NCBI RefSeq assembly: GCF_002310835.1
Contig: NZ_CP011041.1
Coordinates: 3,300,001-3,332,000, forward strand
Direction of reading: 5' to 3'
DNA: 32,000 bases
DNA from: Pseudoalteromonas tetraodonis
GTDB taxonomy: Bacteria > Pseudomonadota > Gammaproteobacteria > Enterobacterales > Alteromonadaceae
Part shown: in pieces, positions 18,088 to 25,592 of the stretch
How positions within the stretch are numbered: position 1 is the first letter of the stretch
Layout of the letters: every line of letters begins with the position of its first letter
Notes under the pieces: generated by a model
Told to the model about the DNA's origin: nothing
Databases searched by the model: none
Seen by the model: only the letters and a program-made list of their open reading frames with translations
Program-made: the position numbers and the translations under genes

Positions 18088-18333
18088 ATGACTGATACAA
18101 ACAAACCAGAATTACCAAATCAACTGTCTATCAACCCACGTAGCAAATTTTATGTAGAAGAAGTATTTGAGCATGAAATCGGTATTACACTTAACGGTAA
18201 AGAGCGTTTTGACGTTGAAGAATACTGCATCAGCGAAGGTTGGATAAAAGTAGCGGCACCTAAAGCGCTAGACCGTCGCGGCCAGCCATTACTTATGAAA
18301 GTAAAAGGCACTGTAGAAGCGTTTTACAAGTAA
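18088..18333 (+). CDS. DUF3297-family small protein
   Basis: An 81-aa ORF with the pattern I associate with DUF3297 (LSINPRSKFY...GITLNGKER...EGWIKV). Terminator hairpins follow. Confidence 0.6.
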   Translation: MTDTNKPELPNQLSINPRSKFYVEEVFEHEIGITLNGKERFDVEEYCISEGWIKVAAPKALDRRGQPLLMKVKGTVEAFYK

Positions 18334-18351
18334 TTGCTTACTTGTAAAAAG

Positions 18352-18385
18352 AAAAGCGACACCTTACTGGGTAGTCGCTTTTTTT
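18352..18385 (+). terminator. Rho-independent terminator after the DUF3297 gene
   Basis: Stem aaaagcgac (18352-18360) and gtcgctttt (18374-18382), ending in a T7 run. It is preceded by a second 12-bp inverted repeat (18322-18349) spanning the stop codon. Confidence 0.7.
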
Positions 18386-18491
18386 GTGCCTTTTAAAAAC
18401 AGCTTTAACATGTTGAACTTTTTTCATACTCAACCTGATGAAGTTTCATTATGAATTTTCAAAAAGTATGTTTGAATAGCCTTAATTATTT

Positions 18492-18507
18492 AGACGTATA
18501 GAAGTCC
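18492..18507 (+). promoter_or_regulatory. Two tandem met-box-like octamers (possible MetJ operator)
   Basis: AGACGTAT and AGAAGTCC are adjacent, each 6 of 8 against the AGACGTCT met box. They lie immediately upstream of ATG 18511 of a homocysteine methyltransferase-family gene. Confidence 0.3.
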
Positions 18508-18510
18508 ATT

Positions 18511-19413
18511 ATGAGTAGGTTAACAATATTAGATGGCGGCATGGGTCGTGAACTTAAACGCATGGGCGCGCCATTTTCACAGCCACTTTGGAGTGCACAA
18601 GCTTTAATAGAAGCACCGCAATACGTAACTCAAGCGCATCAAGCTTTTATAAATGCGGGGGCAGAAATTATTACGGTAAATAGCTATGCGTGTGTCCCCT
18701 TTCATTTAGGTGAAACGCTTTACCAAGCACAAGGTGCAGCACTTGCACAGCAAGCTGCTGTAATTGCAAAAAAAGCAGCTCAAAACACTAATCAAAACGT
18801 GCTAGTTGCGGGTTCATTGCCACCCGCATTTGGATCGTACCGTGCTGATTTTTTCCAAAGTGAACGCGCATTTACTATTTTAAATACCCTGTATAAAGCA
18901 CAAGACGAATATGTCGATGTTTGGATTGGTGAAACCATATCAAACATTGCAGAAGCGCGGGTTATGGCAAGGGTGCTTAAGAATTCAAACAAACCATGTT
19001 ATTACGCATTTACCTTAAATGATGAAGTAAGCGAACAAGCGACATTGCGCTCTGGTGAATTAGTATCCGACGCTATCTTAGCATTACTCGAACATAATAT
19101 AGCGGGCATATTCTTTAACTGCTCTATCCCTGAGGTTATTGAACAAGCGCTACGCGACACTAATCGCGTACTAAAACAGCAGAATAAAAATGTTGATTTA
19201 GGGGTCTTTGCAAATGGTTTTACACCAATCGCCAGCGATTATAAAGCCAATGAAGGCTCGCAAGGTTACCGCGACTTATCACCCGCTGAGTATGTAGCGT
19301 TTGCAAAGCAATGGCATAGCCTAGGCGCGACAATTATTGGCGGCTGCTGTGGTATTGGCCCCGAATTCATAGCAGCGCTGGTAAAGTGGAAAAGCGATAT
19401 TAAAGCGCTTTAA
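18511..19413 (+). CDS. Homocysteine S-methyltransferase family protein (MmuM/BHMT-like)
   Basis: N-terminal ILDGGMGREL, an internal NCS cysteine and a C-terminal GGCCGIGPEFI zinc-ligand motif, all typical of the S-methyl_trans domain. Confidence 0.8.
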   Translation: MSRLTILDGGMGRELKRMGAPFSQPLWSAQALIEAPQYVTQAHQAFINAGAEIITVNSYACVPFHLGETLYQAQGAALAQQAAVIAKKAAQNTNQNVLVAGSLPPAFGSYRADFFQSERAFTILNTLYKAQDEYVDVWIGETISNIAEARVMARVLKNSNKPCYYAFTLNDEVSEQATLRSGELVSDAILALLEHNIAGIFFNCSIPEVIEQALRDTNRVLKQQNKNVDLGVFANGFTPIASDYKANEGSQGYRDLSPAEYVAFAKQWHSLGATIIGGCCGIGPEFIAALVKWKSDIKAL

Positions 19414-19420
19414 TATCGCT
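19393..19420. terminator. 28-nt perfect palindrome spanning the stop codon; probable bidirectional terminator between convergent genes
   Basis: agcgatattaaagc followed directly by gctttaatatcgct (14+14, no spacer). T-rich sequence follows on the plus strand. Confidence 0.45.
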
Positions 19421-19457
19421 TATTTAACTACAAAAGTATCGAGAACCCCTTTTGAGC

Positions 19458-20294
19458 TTATTGACTGCTTCCCAATACCCAATCGAGCCCTTGTATTGCG
19501 GTGGTTGGGAATGCGGTTGCATGCTGTGCTCCCTCAATAACAACACTTTTTAATTTTATATTTTCACTATTGAGCGCATTAATTTTTTTTACAAGTTGCG
19601 CAGCGCCTTCAACCATATTTTGCCCTTCACCAAAGGCTGGCGTTTCCTTTGCCCCAACAGATACATAAACCTTTATTGGCATTTGGGGCTTATTCGCTTT
19701 TAACGCTAGCAGTGCATTGTTATCAAACCAAACCGACGGGCTGCCAATAATATAATTGCTAAATAAATCAGGTGCTGTAAATAAAATAGTGGCGCCAAAT
19801 AAGCCGCCTAGCGAGTTACCTATATACGTTCTTTGCGTGTTGCTTGCTCGGTAATTTTTTTCGATAAAAGTAAATACCGTACTTTGCAAAAACGTAGCGT
19901 GCCCTTTGGCATTACCCGTTTGCTTCTTCCAATTTTGAGTCTGAGTCGGTGTGTAATCCCTAATTCGACTATTAGATCCTCTCGAGCCTTTTTCATAGCC
20001 AATCGCCACAATAATAGCCTGTTGCACTTTGCCGCTATTCATAGGAAACCGTGTAGCCCCTGCCACTATAGGAAACGTGTACGGCGCATCGGTTAAGTAA
20101 ATAACTGGATATGTTTTATTAGGCTCCTTTGCATATGACTTAGGTAGCTGAATAAAAATAGGATACACCCGCTTGGTAACAGGATCGGTGAGTTCAATAA
20201 CACTGCTTCTAGGGATTTCGTAAGGGGTATTTGCGCTTAATTTAAAACAGATGAAAACACAAAGTAACAGCAAAAGCTTTAAAGCAGTATTCAC
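19458..20294 (-). CDS. Secreted alpha/beta-hydrolase, putative esterase family (IroE/Fes-like)
   Basis: Signal peptide. Nucleophile elbow GNSLGG. C-terminal GAQHATAFP with a candidate catalytic His. The YPVIYLTD motif is common in PF00756-type esterases. Confidence 0.7.
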   Translation of the reverse strand: MNTALKLLLLLCVFICFKLSANTPYEIPRSSVIELTDPVTKRVYPIFIQLPKSYAKEPNKTYPVIYLTDAPYTFPIVAGATRFPMNSGKVQQAIIVAIGYEKGSRGSNSRIRDYTPTQTQNWKKQTGNAKGHATFLQSTVFTFIEKNYRASNTQRTYIGNSLGGLFGATILFTAPDLFSNYIIGSPSVWFDNNALLALKANKPQMPIKVYVSVGAKETPAFGEGQNMVEGAAQLVKKINALNSENIKLKSVVIEGAQHATAFPTTAIQGLDWVLGSSQ

Positions 20295-20349
20295 TAAATT
20301 AGTTTACCTAAAAAACGATATTTATAATTACAATGCCACATAGTCGCTA

Positions 20350-20374
20350 TGTTTAACACTGGCAGTGTTAAACA
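20350..20374. promoter_or_regulatory. 25-bp perfect palindrome (operator or atypical terminator)
   Basis: TGTTTAACACTG-G-CAGTGTTAAACA. It overlaps the merC-like stop codon and lies about 56 bp upstream of the esterase start. There is no T-tract on either strand. Confidence 0.4.
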
Positions 20375-20784
20375 AGTTGGTCTGATTTATCACCTGAACA
20401 GCGGCATTTTTCGTTATTTTTTTTAAAACACTGTTGGTAGTTAAACCAATGGGCTAATGCGATAAAAGCGGAGCCAATTAAAGTGAGTGCTTTTTCGGCC
20501 TCTTCGTAACCTAGCAATACTGCAATTATCAAAAAAGCTAAACCAACAACTCCACACGCCATATAACGTGTACGTTTGTGCTTTTTACAGCCTAAGCTCA
20601 AAGCTAATAAGCTTGTTGGTAATACTGCAGCAAGAACCCATAAGTGAAACTGTTCACCATTTATTTGTAGTACAGCAAAGCTTGGCAACAGCGCTAAAAT
20701 AACCGGTGTTGCAAAACAATGCACCGTGCACATTAACGAAAGCCCAATGGCAAACTTGTCTGCTGTCGTTTGAGTCAGCTTCAT
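20368..20784 (-). CDS. MerC-superfamily membrane protein (putative metal permease)
   Basis: Four predicted TM helices. A CTVHC pair in TM1 is positioned like the MerC CAAC motif. Cys-rich tail CFKKNNEKCRCSGD. Its start abuts or overlaps the zur stop (TAATGA). Confidence 0.6.
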   Translation of the reverse strand: MKLTQTTADKFAIGLSLMCTVHCFATPVILALLPSFAVLQINGEQFHLWVLAAVLPTSLLALSLGCKKHKRTRYMACGVVGLAFLIIAVLLGYEEAEKALTLIGSAFIALAHWFNYQQCFKKNNEKCRCSGDKSDQLV

Positions 20785-21275
20785 TATTTATCCTTCTTTT
20801 TAATTGTGTTAGCGGTACTTTGCTGGCACCCAAAACAAACACCTGAGATTTCTAATTGCGAAGTTGCTGGCGTAAACCCTTTCATTTTCAGTTCCCTAAA
20901 CAAAGATTTAACCGAATTGTTAAGGTCATTCACCTCACTTGCTTTATTACAAGAGCTACAAATTAAAAACATCGATAGTTGATGCTCTCTATCATCATTA
21001 ACGTAACTGCACGGTATAAACTTATTTTCTAACTTTAATCTATGTACCAGACCTACCGACTCTAAAAAACCTAATATCCGATAAACGGACATTGCCAAAA
21101 TCGGTGTATTTATTTGCTTATTAAATTGATCTGTTAACTCATAAGCAGACAAAGGTTTATTTGCTTGCAATAGAATTTCAAATACCTGCTGGCGTTTTGG
21201 CGTTAATTTTTTTTCAGAGGCTTCACATCTTTTTATCGCAAAACCCATCATCTCTTTAAATTGCTGCTTATTCAT
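20784..21275 (-). CDS. zur: Zinc uptake regulator Zur (Fur family)
   Basis: Collinear with E. coli Zur as remembered: KRCEASEKKLTPKRQQVFEIL, LSAYELTD, SVYRILGFLESVGLVHRL, plus two Cys pairs (CSSC ... CFGC). The track start is TTG 21332. ATG 21275 (MNKQQFKEMMGF...) matches the E. coli N-terminal length better. Confidence 0.8.
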   Translation of the reverse strand: MNKQQFKEMMGFAIKRCEASEKKLTPKRQQVFEILLQANKPLSAYELTDQFNKQINTPILAMSVYRILGFLESVGLVHRLKLENKFIPCSYVNDDREHQLSMFLICSSCNKASEVNDLNNSVKSLFRELKMKGFTPATSQLEISGVCFGCQQSTANTIKKKDK

Positions 21276-21543
21276 ATTACCCACTCTAATGTAGTGGGCT
21301 GATGTTTTAACTTTGCCATCCTTGTTGCTCAATGCCTCCGCTGTGGTTTTACCTAAAAATTTATTAACTAGAGCTAAATAAATGTAACAACTAACTTTTG
21401 CTTTACAGCAAACAGATCCCCCACGAACAACACCTAAACAATGACAGAAACACTTAAAGTACTGAATTTAAATAAATTTAATTTAAATTATGTAGATGAA
21501 GCAGCCAAATTATATATCCTGAGTGATTTTTAGTTAATTAACT

Positions 21544-21590
21544 ATTGATACAATATAACATTTCAAGCACAATTGATACAATATAACATT
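21544..21590 (+). promoter_or_regulatory. Two tandem Zur-box-like operators (exact 19-bp direct repeat, 28-bp register)
   Basis: ATTGATACAATATAACATT occurs at 21544-21562 and again at 21572-21590. The core TGATACAATATAACA matches the gammaproteobacterial Zur core TGTTATAnTATAACA (from memory) at 13 of 15. The second copy ends 15 nt before ATG 21606. Confidence 0.65.
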
Positions 21591-21605
21591 CGTAAAGGAA
21601 TTCAA

Positions 21606-24017
21606 ATGACACGAAAATCTCAATTAGCTTTGTTTATAGCAGCCCTACTACCAACAAATGCACTTGCAAATACCATAGAAGGTGTTGTTCTAAACAACCA
21701 AGGTAAAGTGGTGACCAACGCAACTGTAGAAGTTGAAGGCTCAGATATAACAGCAGTAACAGATGCAAGCGGTAAGTTCGTAATAACTGATTTAAAAAGT
21801 GGTTTAAAAGAACTTCATATTACCGCCCCTGGTTATGCCCATCTGCATCGAGATATCACATTTAGTGATGATAAAAGCCAGTCAATTACCTTTAACTTAG
21901 AACGTTCACCCATTGAAGTAATTGATATTGAAGCGACGCCTATTCACATGTCGGCAATGGAATCCTCGTCTCCCGTTAGCGTGTTATCTGGCGAACAATT
22001 AAGACGGCAGCAAGCTGCAACCCTTGGCGATAGCCTTGAAAAACTCCCGGGGGTTAATACTAACTTTCATGCAAAAGTAGCCAGTACACCTATTATTCGT
22101 GGCTTAAGCGGGCCGCGTGTTCTAATTACTCAAAATGGTCTTGATGTCAGTGATGTTTCGCGCGTTGGCCCTGATCACTCCGTTGCATCAGAGGCATCAA
22201 CCGCAAAACAAATCGAAGTATTACGTGGCCCTGCCACATTATTTTATGGCAGCGGCGCCATTGGTGGTGTGGTTAATGTAGTTGATAATCGGGTGCCTAC
22301 CGACAGCACAACTCGCGGCGAATGGAACCTTGAGCACAACTCTGTTGATAATCAAAAAGTAGCCTCGTTTAACGCCACTACAGGAACTGATTCTTTTGCA
22401 TTTTATGCCGACGCCTTTTGGCGTGAAGCCGATGACTATGAAATACCCGTGGCCGCTGAATTAGCCCATGATGACCATAACCATGAAGAACATAGTGGCG
22501 ATTACACCGTTGCAAATAGTAATGAAGAGTCTGACGGCTTTACCTTAGGTACTAGCTATCTATTTGATCAAGGTTTTGTAGGTATAGCTGTTGAGCAATT
22601 TAATCGTCAATACGGCATTCCAGGCCACACCCATGGTGGCGAAGATGTTAATAGCGCTGAGGAAAGCGTATATGCCGACTTAGAGCAAACTAAAGTGCAG
22701 TTGCTAGGTGAATATAACCTTGATAACAAATGGCTTAATAGAGTAAACCTGCGCGCAGGTTTTACAGATTACGAACATGCTGAAATTGAACATGGCGCAG
22801 TGGGTACCACGTTTGAAAATGAAACCAATGAGTTACGCGTAGACTTAATGCATAACCCGTTTGCGCAGTGGAATGGTGGTTTGAGCTTTCATTACAAACA
22901 CAGTGATGTTGAAGCGCAAGGCTCAGAGGCATTCACACCACCGTCACAAACACAAAGCTTTGCTATAGCACTGATGGAAGAAAAACACTTTGGTGACTTT
23001 TTAGTGCAATTAGGTGGCCGAGTTGAACGGGTAACCATCGATGCTGATAACGTGTTACTACCTAACATTGATGCACACGCACACCATGACACCGATGTTC
23101 ATGACGATCATGCTCATGAAGAACATGCCGGCAATACTCGCGTATTTGACGTAGAACAAGAATTCACTCCTGTCAGTTTATCAACAGGTGTCGTGTGGGA
23201 TTTTGCACCTAGCTACAACTTGGGTTTATCGGTATCTCGTTCTGAGCGCGCTCCTTCGGTGTCGGAGCTATTATCATTCGGCCCTCACATTGGAACTGGT
23301 ACTTATGAAGTAGGCGCACTATTTGATATTCATGAAGACGGCCATTTTGGTTTATCTGAGCAAGCGCTTGACCTAGAAACAGCAAACAATATTGATTTAA
23401 CGTTTCGTAAAACCCAAGGTGATATCGGTTTCATTCTTAATGCTTTCTACAACCAAGTAGACAATTATTATTACCAAATCGACACAGGCCTATACGCCGA
23501 AAGCGGCCACGACCATGGTGATGAGCATAATCATGACCACGGTGACGAGCATGATCACTCATCTGAACTCCCAGTTTATTTATTTAAAACAGATGACGTA
23601 ATTTTGCATGGCTTTGAAGCCCAATTTGCATGGCAGTTAACCGATGAGTTTAAAGTTGATTTATTCTCAGATTACGTTCGCGCCCGCCTTAAAGACGGTG
23701 GCGATTTACCCCGTACACCACCATTGCGATTCGGTACTGAGTTTAGCTATCAAACAGAAAAGCTAAGTGCGCACCTTCACGTAACTCGTTATCAAGATCA
23801 AGACCGTACCGCGCCAGAAGAAACAACCACAAACGGCTACACCATGATTGATGCGAGCGTTTCATATGACTTATCAGTGCTAAATCAAGATATGTCCGTG
23901 TATCTACGAGGCACTAACTTAACAGACACAGAAGCTCGCGTGCATAGCTCATTTTTAAAGAATATAGCGCCACGTCCAGGTCGTAGCTTTGCGTTAGGTA
24001 TTCGCGGTTATTTTTAA
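21606..24017 (+). CDS. Zinc-regulated TonB-dependent receptor (ZnuD-like) with an N-terminal CarboxypepD_reg-like domain and three His-rich loops
   Basis: The track start TTG 21573 lies inside the operator repeat. ATG 21606 has an AAAGGAA RBS and the signal peptide ...PTNALA|NT. IEGVVLNNQGKVVTNATVEVEGS...DASGKF looks like an Ig-like regulatory domain. Plug motifs are present and the protein ends in Phe. His clusters: HDDHNHEEH (22467-22493), DAHAHHDTDVHDDHAHEEH (23070-23126), GHDHGDEHNHDHGDEHDH (23505-23558). Confidence 0.85.
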   Translation: MTRKSQLALFIAALLPTNALANTIEGVVLNNQGKVVTNATVEVEGSDITAVTDASGKFVITDLKSGLKELHITAPGYAHLHRDITFSDDKSQSITFNLERSPIEVIDIEATPIHMSAMESSSPVSVLSGEQLRRQQAATLGDSLEKLPGVNTNFHAKVASTPIIRGLSGPRVLITQNGLDVSDVSRVGPDHSVASEASTAKQIEVLRGPATLFYGSGAIGGVVNVVDNRVPTDSTTRGEWNLEHNSVDNQKVASFNATTGTDSFAFYADAFWREADDYEIPVAAELAHDDHNHEEHSGDYTVANSNEESDGFTLGTSYLFDQGFVGIAVEQFNRQYGIPGHTHGGEDVNSAEESVYADLEQTKVQLLGEYNLDNKWLNRVNLRAGFTDYEHAEIEHGAVGTTFENETNELRVDLMHNPFAQWNGGLSFHYKHSDVEAQGSEAFTPPSQTQSFAIALMEEKHFGDFLVQLGGRVERVTIDADNVLLPNIDAHAHHDTDVHDDHAHEEHAGNTRVFDVEQEFTPVSLSTGVVWDFAPSYNLGLSVSRSERAPSVSELLSFGPHIGTGTYEVGALFDIHEDGHFGLSEQALDLETANNIDLTFRKTQGDIGFILNAFYNQVDNYYYQIDTGLYAESGHDHGDEHNHDHGDEHDHSSELPVYLFKTDDVILHGFEAQFAWQLTDEFKVDLFSDYVRARLKDGGDLPRTPPLRFGTEFSYQTEKLSAHLHVTRYQDQDRTAPEETTTNGYTMIDASVSYDLSVLNQDMSVYLRGTNLTDTEARVHSSFLKNIAPRPGRSFALGIRGYF

Positions 24018-24049
24018 GCGCTAAAAAATTATAAATAAAGGAAATTAAC

Positions 24050-25447
24050 ATGACTAAACTATTCAAATTAAAATTAATTGCACTGGCAATAAGCAGCACA
24101 TTAATCACCGCTTGTGGTGATGCAGAAACAAACATTGTTGAAAAAGACCCAATAGAAGTACCTGATGACGGCCACGATCATGGCGATGGTGGCGACCACG
24201 GTGATGAATACACTATTGATTCATTAGGTAGGCTTGCGATACTTGCTGGCGATAGCAACGAAGCGAACTTTTTCGACTTAGACGACAATGAGCTTCTTGA
24301 TACATTCACTCTTACTAATGATTCAAACACGCTATCGTCGTCACCTGATTTTCGTTATGCCGTGATTGCTAGCCGCGCTCAAGATTACCTCGGCTTTATA
24401 GACGGTGGCTTATGGCGTGAAGATCACGGCGCACACCTTCATGATTACGAACAAAGCCCTGAGTTTAGCAGTTATGAGCTAACTAGCGGCAGTCGCCCTA
24501 CTCACTTGGTAAAGCACGATGGTAAATTAGCGGTATTTTACGATGGTGATGCAGCATCAGGCACAACTGCGTCTGTTGAAATATTAACAGATAACGACAT
24601 AACAAACGCAACAGCGACCTTACCTGGTATTAGTTACGACATTAATATGCATGGTGTAGCAGAACCTCGTGGAGAGCATTTATTAGCGACCATTCGCCGC
24701 GATGATGCACAGAGCTCATCAAACGCTAAAATTTTGCCGGATCAGGTAGGTGTTTATCACTTTCATGATGGCGAATACGAACTTGAACAAACGTTAGAGT
24801 TAACATGCCCTGATTTGCACGGCGCAGCACAAAACCATGATTACGTAGCCTTCGGCTGTAGTGACGGTGTGCTATTAGCCCATCAACATGATGACGAGTA
24901 CGAAGCTGAAAAAATAGCGAACATTGCAGCCGTTGGCGATTTACGCATTGGTAGTATTTATGGCCACGAAGATAGCGAGGCCTTTATTGGCGTAGCGTCT
25001 GGTCACGGCGGCGGCCCTGCAGTGCTCTTAAGCATTAACCCTGCGGAAGCTGAAATGGAAGAACTAGAATGGCAACTAGCCGATGGCGCAAGCGCTGTTT
25101 CTTACTCTTTCTCAGCGAATGGCGAGCACTTTTTAGTTTTAGACAGCCTAGGCTTTTTAAATGTGCTTGAGGCGCATGCGCACGACGATCACATACACTG
25201 GGAGCTAGCAGGTCAAGTTGATATTACACAAGAAGATGTAACAACAATGCCTGAAGGCATGAAGTTTAGTATGACAGTAGCGCAAAATGGTCAGTTTGCT
25301 TACGTAGCCGACCCAATAGCCCAACACGTTGTGCAAGTACACCTAGAAGACTTAGAGATTGAAGGCGAGTTAGAACTTACATTCCCACCAGCCGCGATCA
25401 CTTGGTTAGGTATTGCACAAGAGGAAGAACACGCACACGAACATTAA
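24050..25447 (+). CDS. His-rich lipoprotein, probably a beta-propeller, co-transcribed with the ZnuD-like receptor
   Basis: Lipobox LITA|CG with Gly at +2. N-terminal DDGHDHGDGGDHGDE, internal HAHDDHIH, C-terminal EEEHAHEH. Recurring strand patterns (YAVIASRAQDYLGFID, KLAVFYDGD, DYVAFGCSDGVLLA, HFLVLDSLGFLNVLE, FAYVADPIAQHVVQVHL) resemble YncE/YVTN-type blades. RBS AAAGGAAA. It starts 32 nt after the TBDR stop. Confidence 0.6.
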   Translation: MTKLFKLKLIALAISSTLITACGDAETNIVEKDPIEVPDDGHDHGDGGDHGDEYTIDSLGRLAILAGDSNEANFFDLDDNELLDTFTLTNDSNTLSSSPDFRYAVIASRAQDYLGFIDGGLWREDHGAHLHDYEQSPEFSSYELTSGSRPTHLVKHDGKLAVFYDGDAASGTTASVEILTDNDITNATATLPGISYDINMHGVAEPRGEHLLATIRRDDAQSSSNAKILPDQVGVYHFHDGEYELEQTLELTCPDLHGAAQNHDYVAFGCSDGVLLAHQHDDEYEAEKIANIAAVGDLRIGSIYGHEDSEAFIGVASGHGGGPAVLLSINPAEAEMEELEWQLADGASAVSYSFSANGEHFLVLDSLGFLNVLEAHAHDDHIHWELAGQVDITQEDVTTMPEGMKFSMTVAQNGQFAYVADPIAQHVVQVHLEDLEIEGELELTFPPAAITWLGIAQEEEHAHEH

Positions 25448-25467
25448 TTTTATATCTGTATTTACTT

Positions 25468-25497
25468 AAAGGTTGGCGCTTTTTGCCAACCTTTTTT
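25468..25497 (+). terminator. Rho-independent terminator after the lipoprotein gene
   Basis: Stem aaaggttggc (25468-25477) and gccaaccttt (25485-25494), running into T6. Confidence 0.75.
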
Positions 25498-25592
25498 ATT
25501 CACATTTTGTAACAGACCTTTTATCGTAAGTGCATCGCTATTTTTCACCTTATTGTTATGATGGGATAGCTATTAATATAGGACGTAATTCC

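Noticed and set aside
20295-20349. Fur-box-like AT-rich sequence upstream of the IroE/Fes-like esterase (CATTGTAATTATAAATATC on the minus strand)
   Set aside because: The match is about 12 of 19, too weak to call in AT-rich DNA.
16325-20982. Nested or antisense ORFs at 16325..16510, 16412..16633, 17441..17647, 18792..18992, 19820..20096, 20487..20842 and 20770..20982, plus 22892..23092, 23914..24135, 26491..26673 and 28206..28436
   Set aside because: They overlap well-supported genes (cynT, cynR, methyltransferase, esterase, merC-like/zur, TBDR, tricorn). They are treated as shadow ORFs.
21441-21533. 30-aa ORF (MTETLKVLNLNKFNLNYVDEAAKLYILSDF) in the zur/TBDR intergenic region
   Set aside because: There is no RBS. 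The composition is very AT-rich and typical of promoter DNA. It ends just before the Zur boxes, so it is most likely chance. It could be revisited with ribosome profiling.
22467-23558. Repetitive cat/cac/gat/gac-rich DNA in the TBDR (and at 24161..24208 in the lipoprotein gene)
   Set aside because: These are in-frame His/Asp codon runs that encode metal-binding loops. They are not CRISPR, microsatellite or mobile-element repeats.
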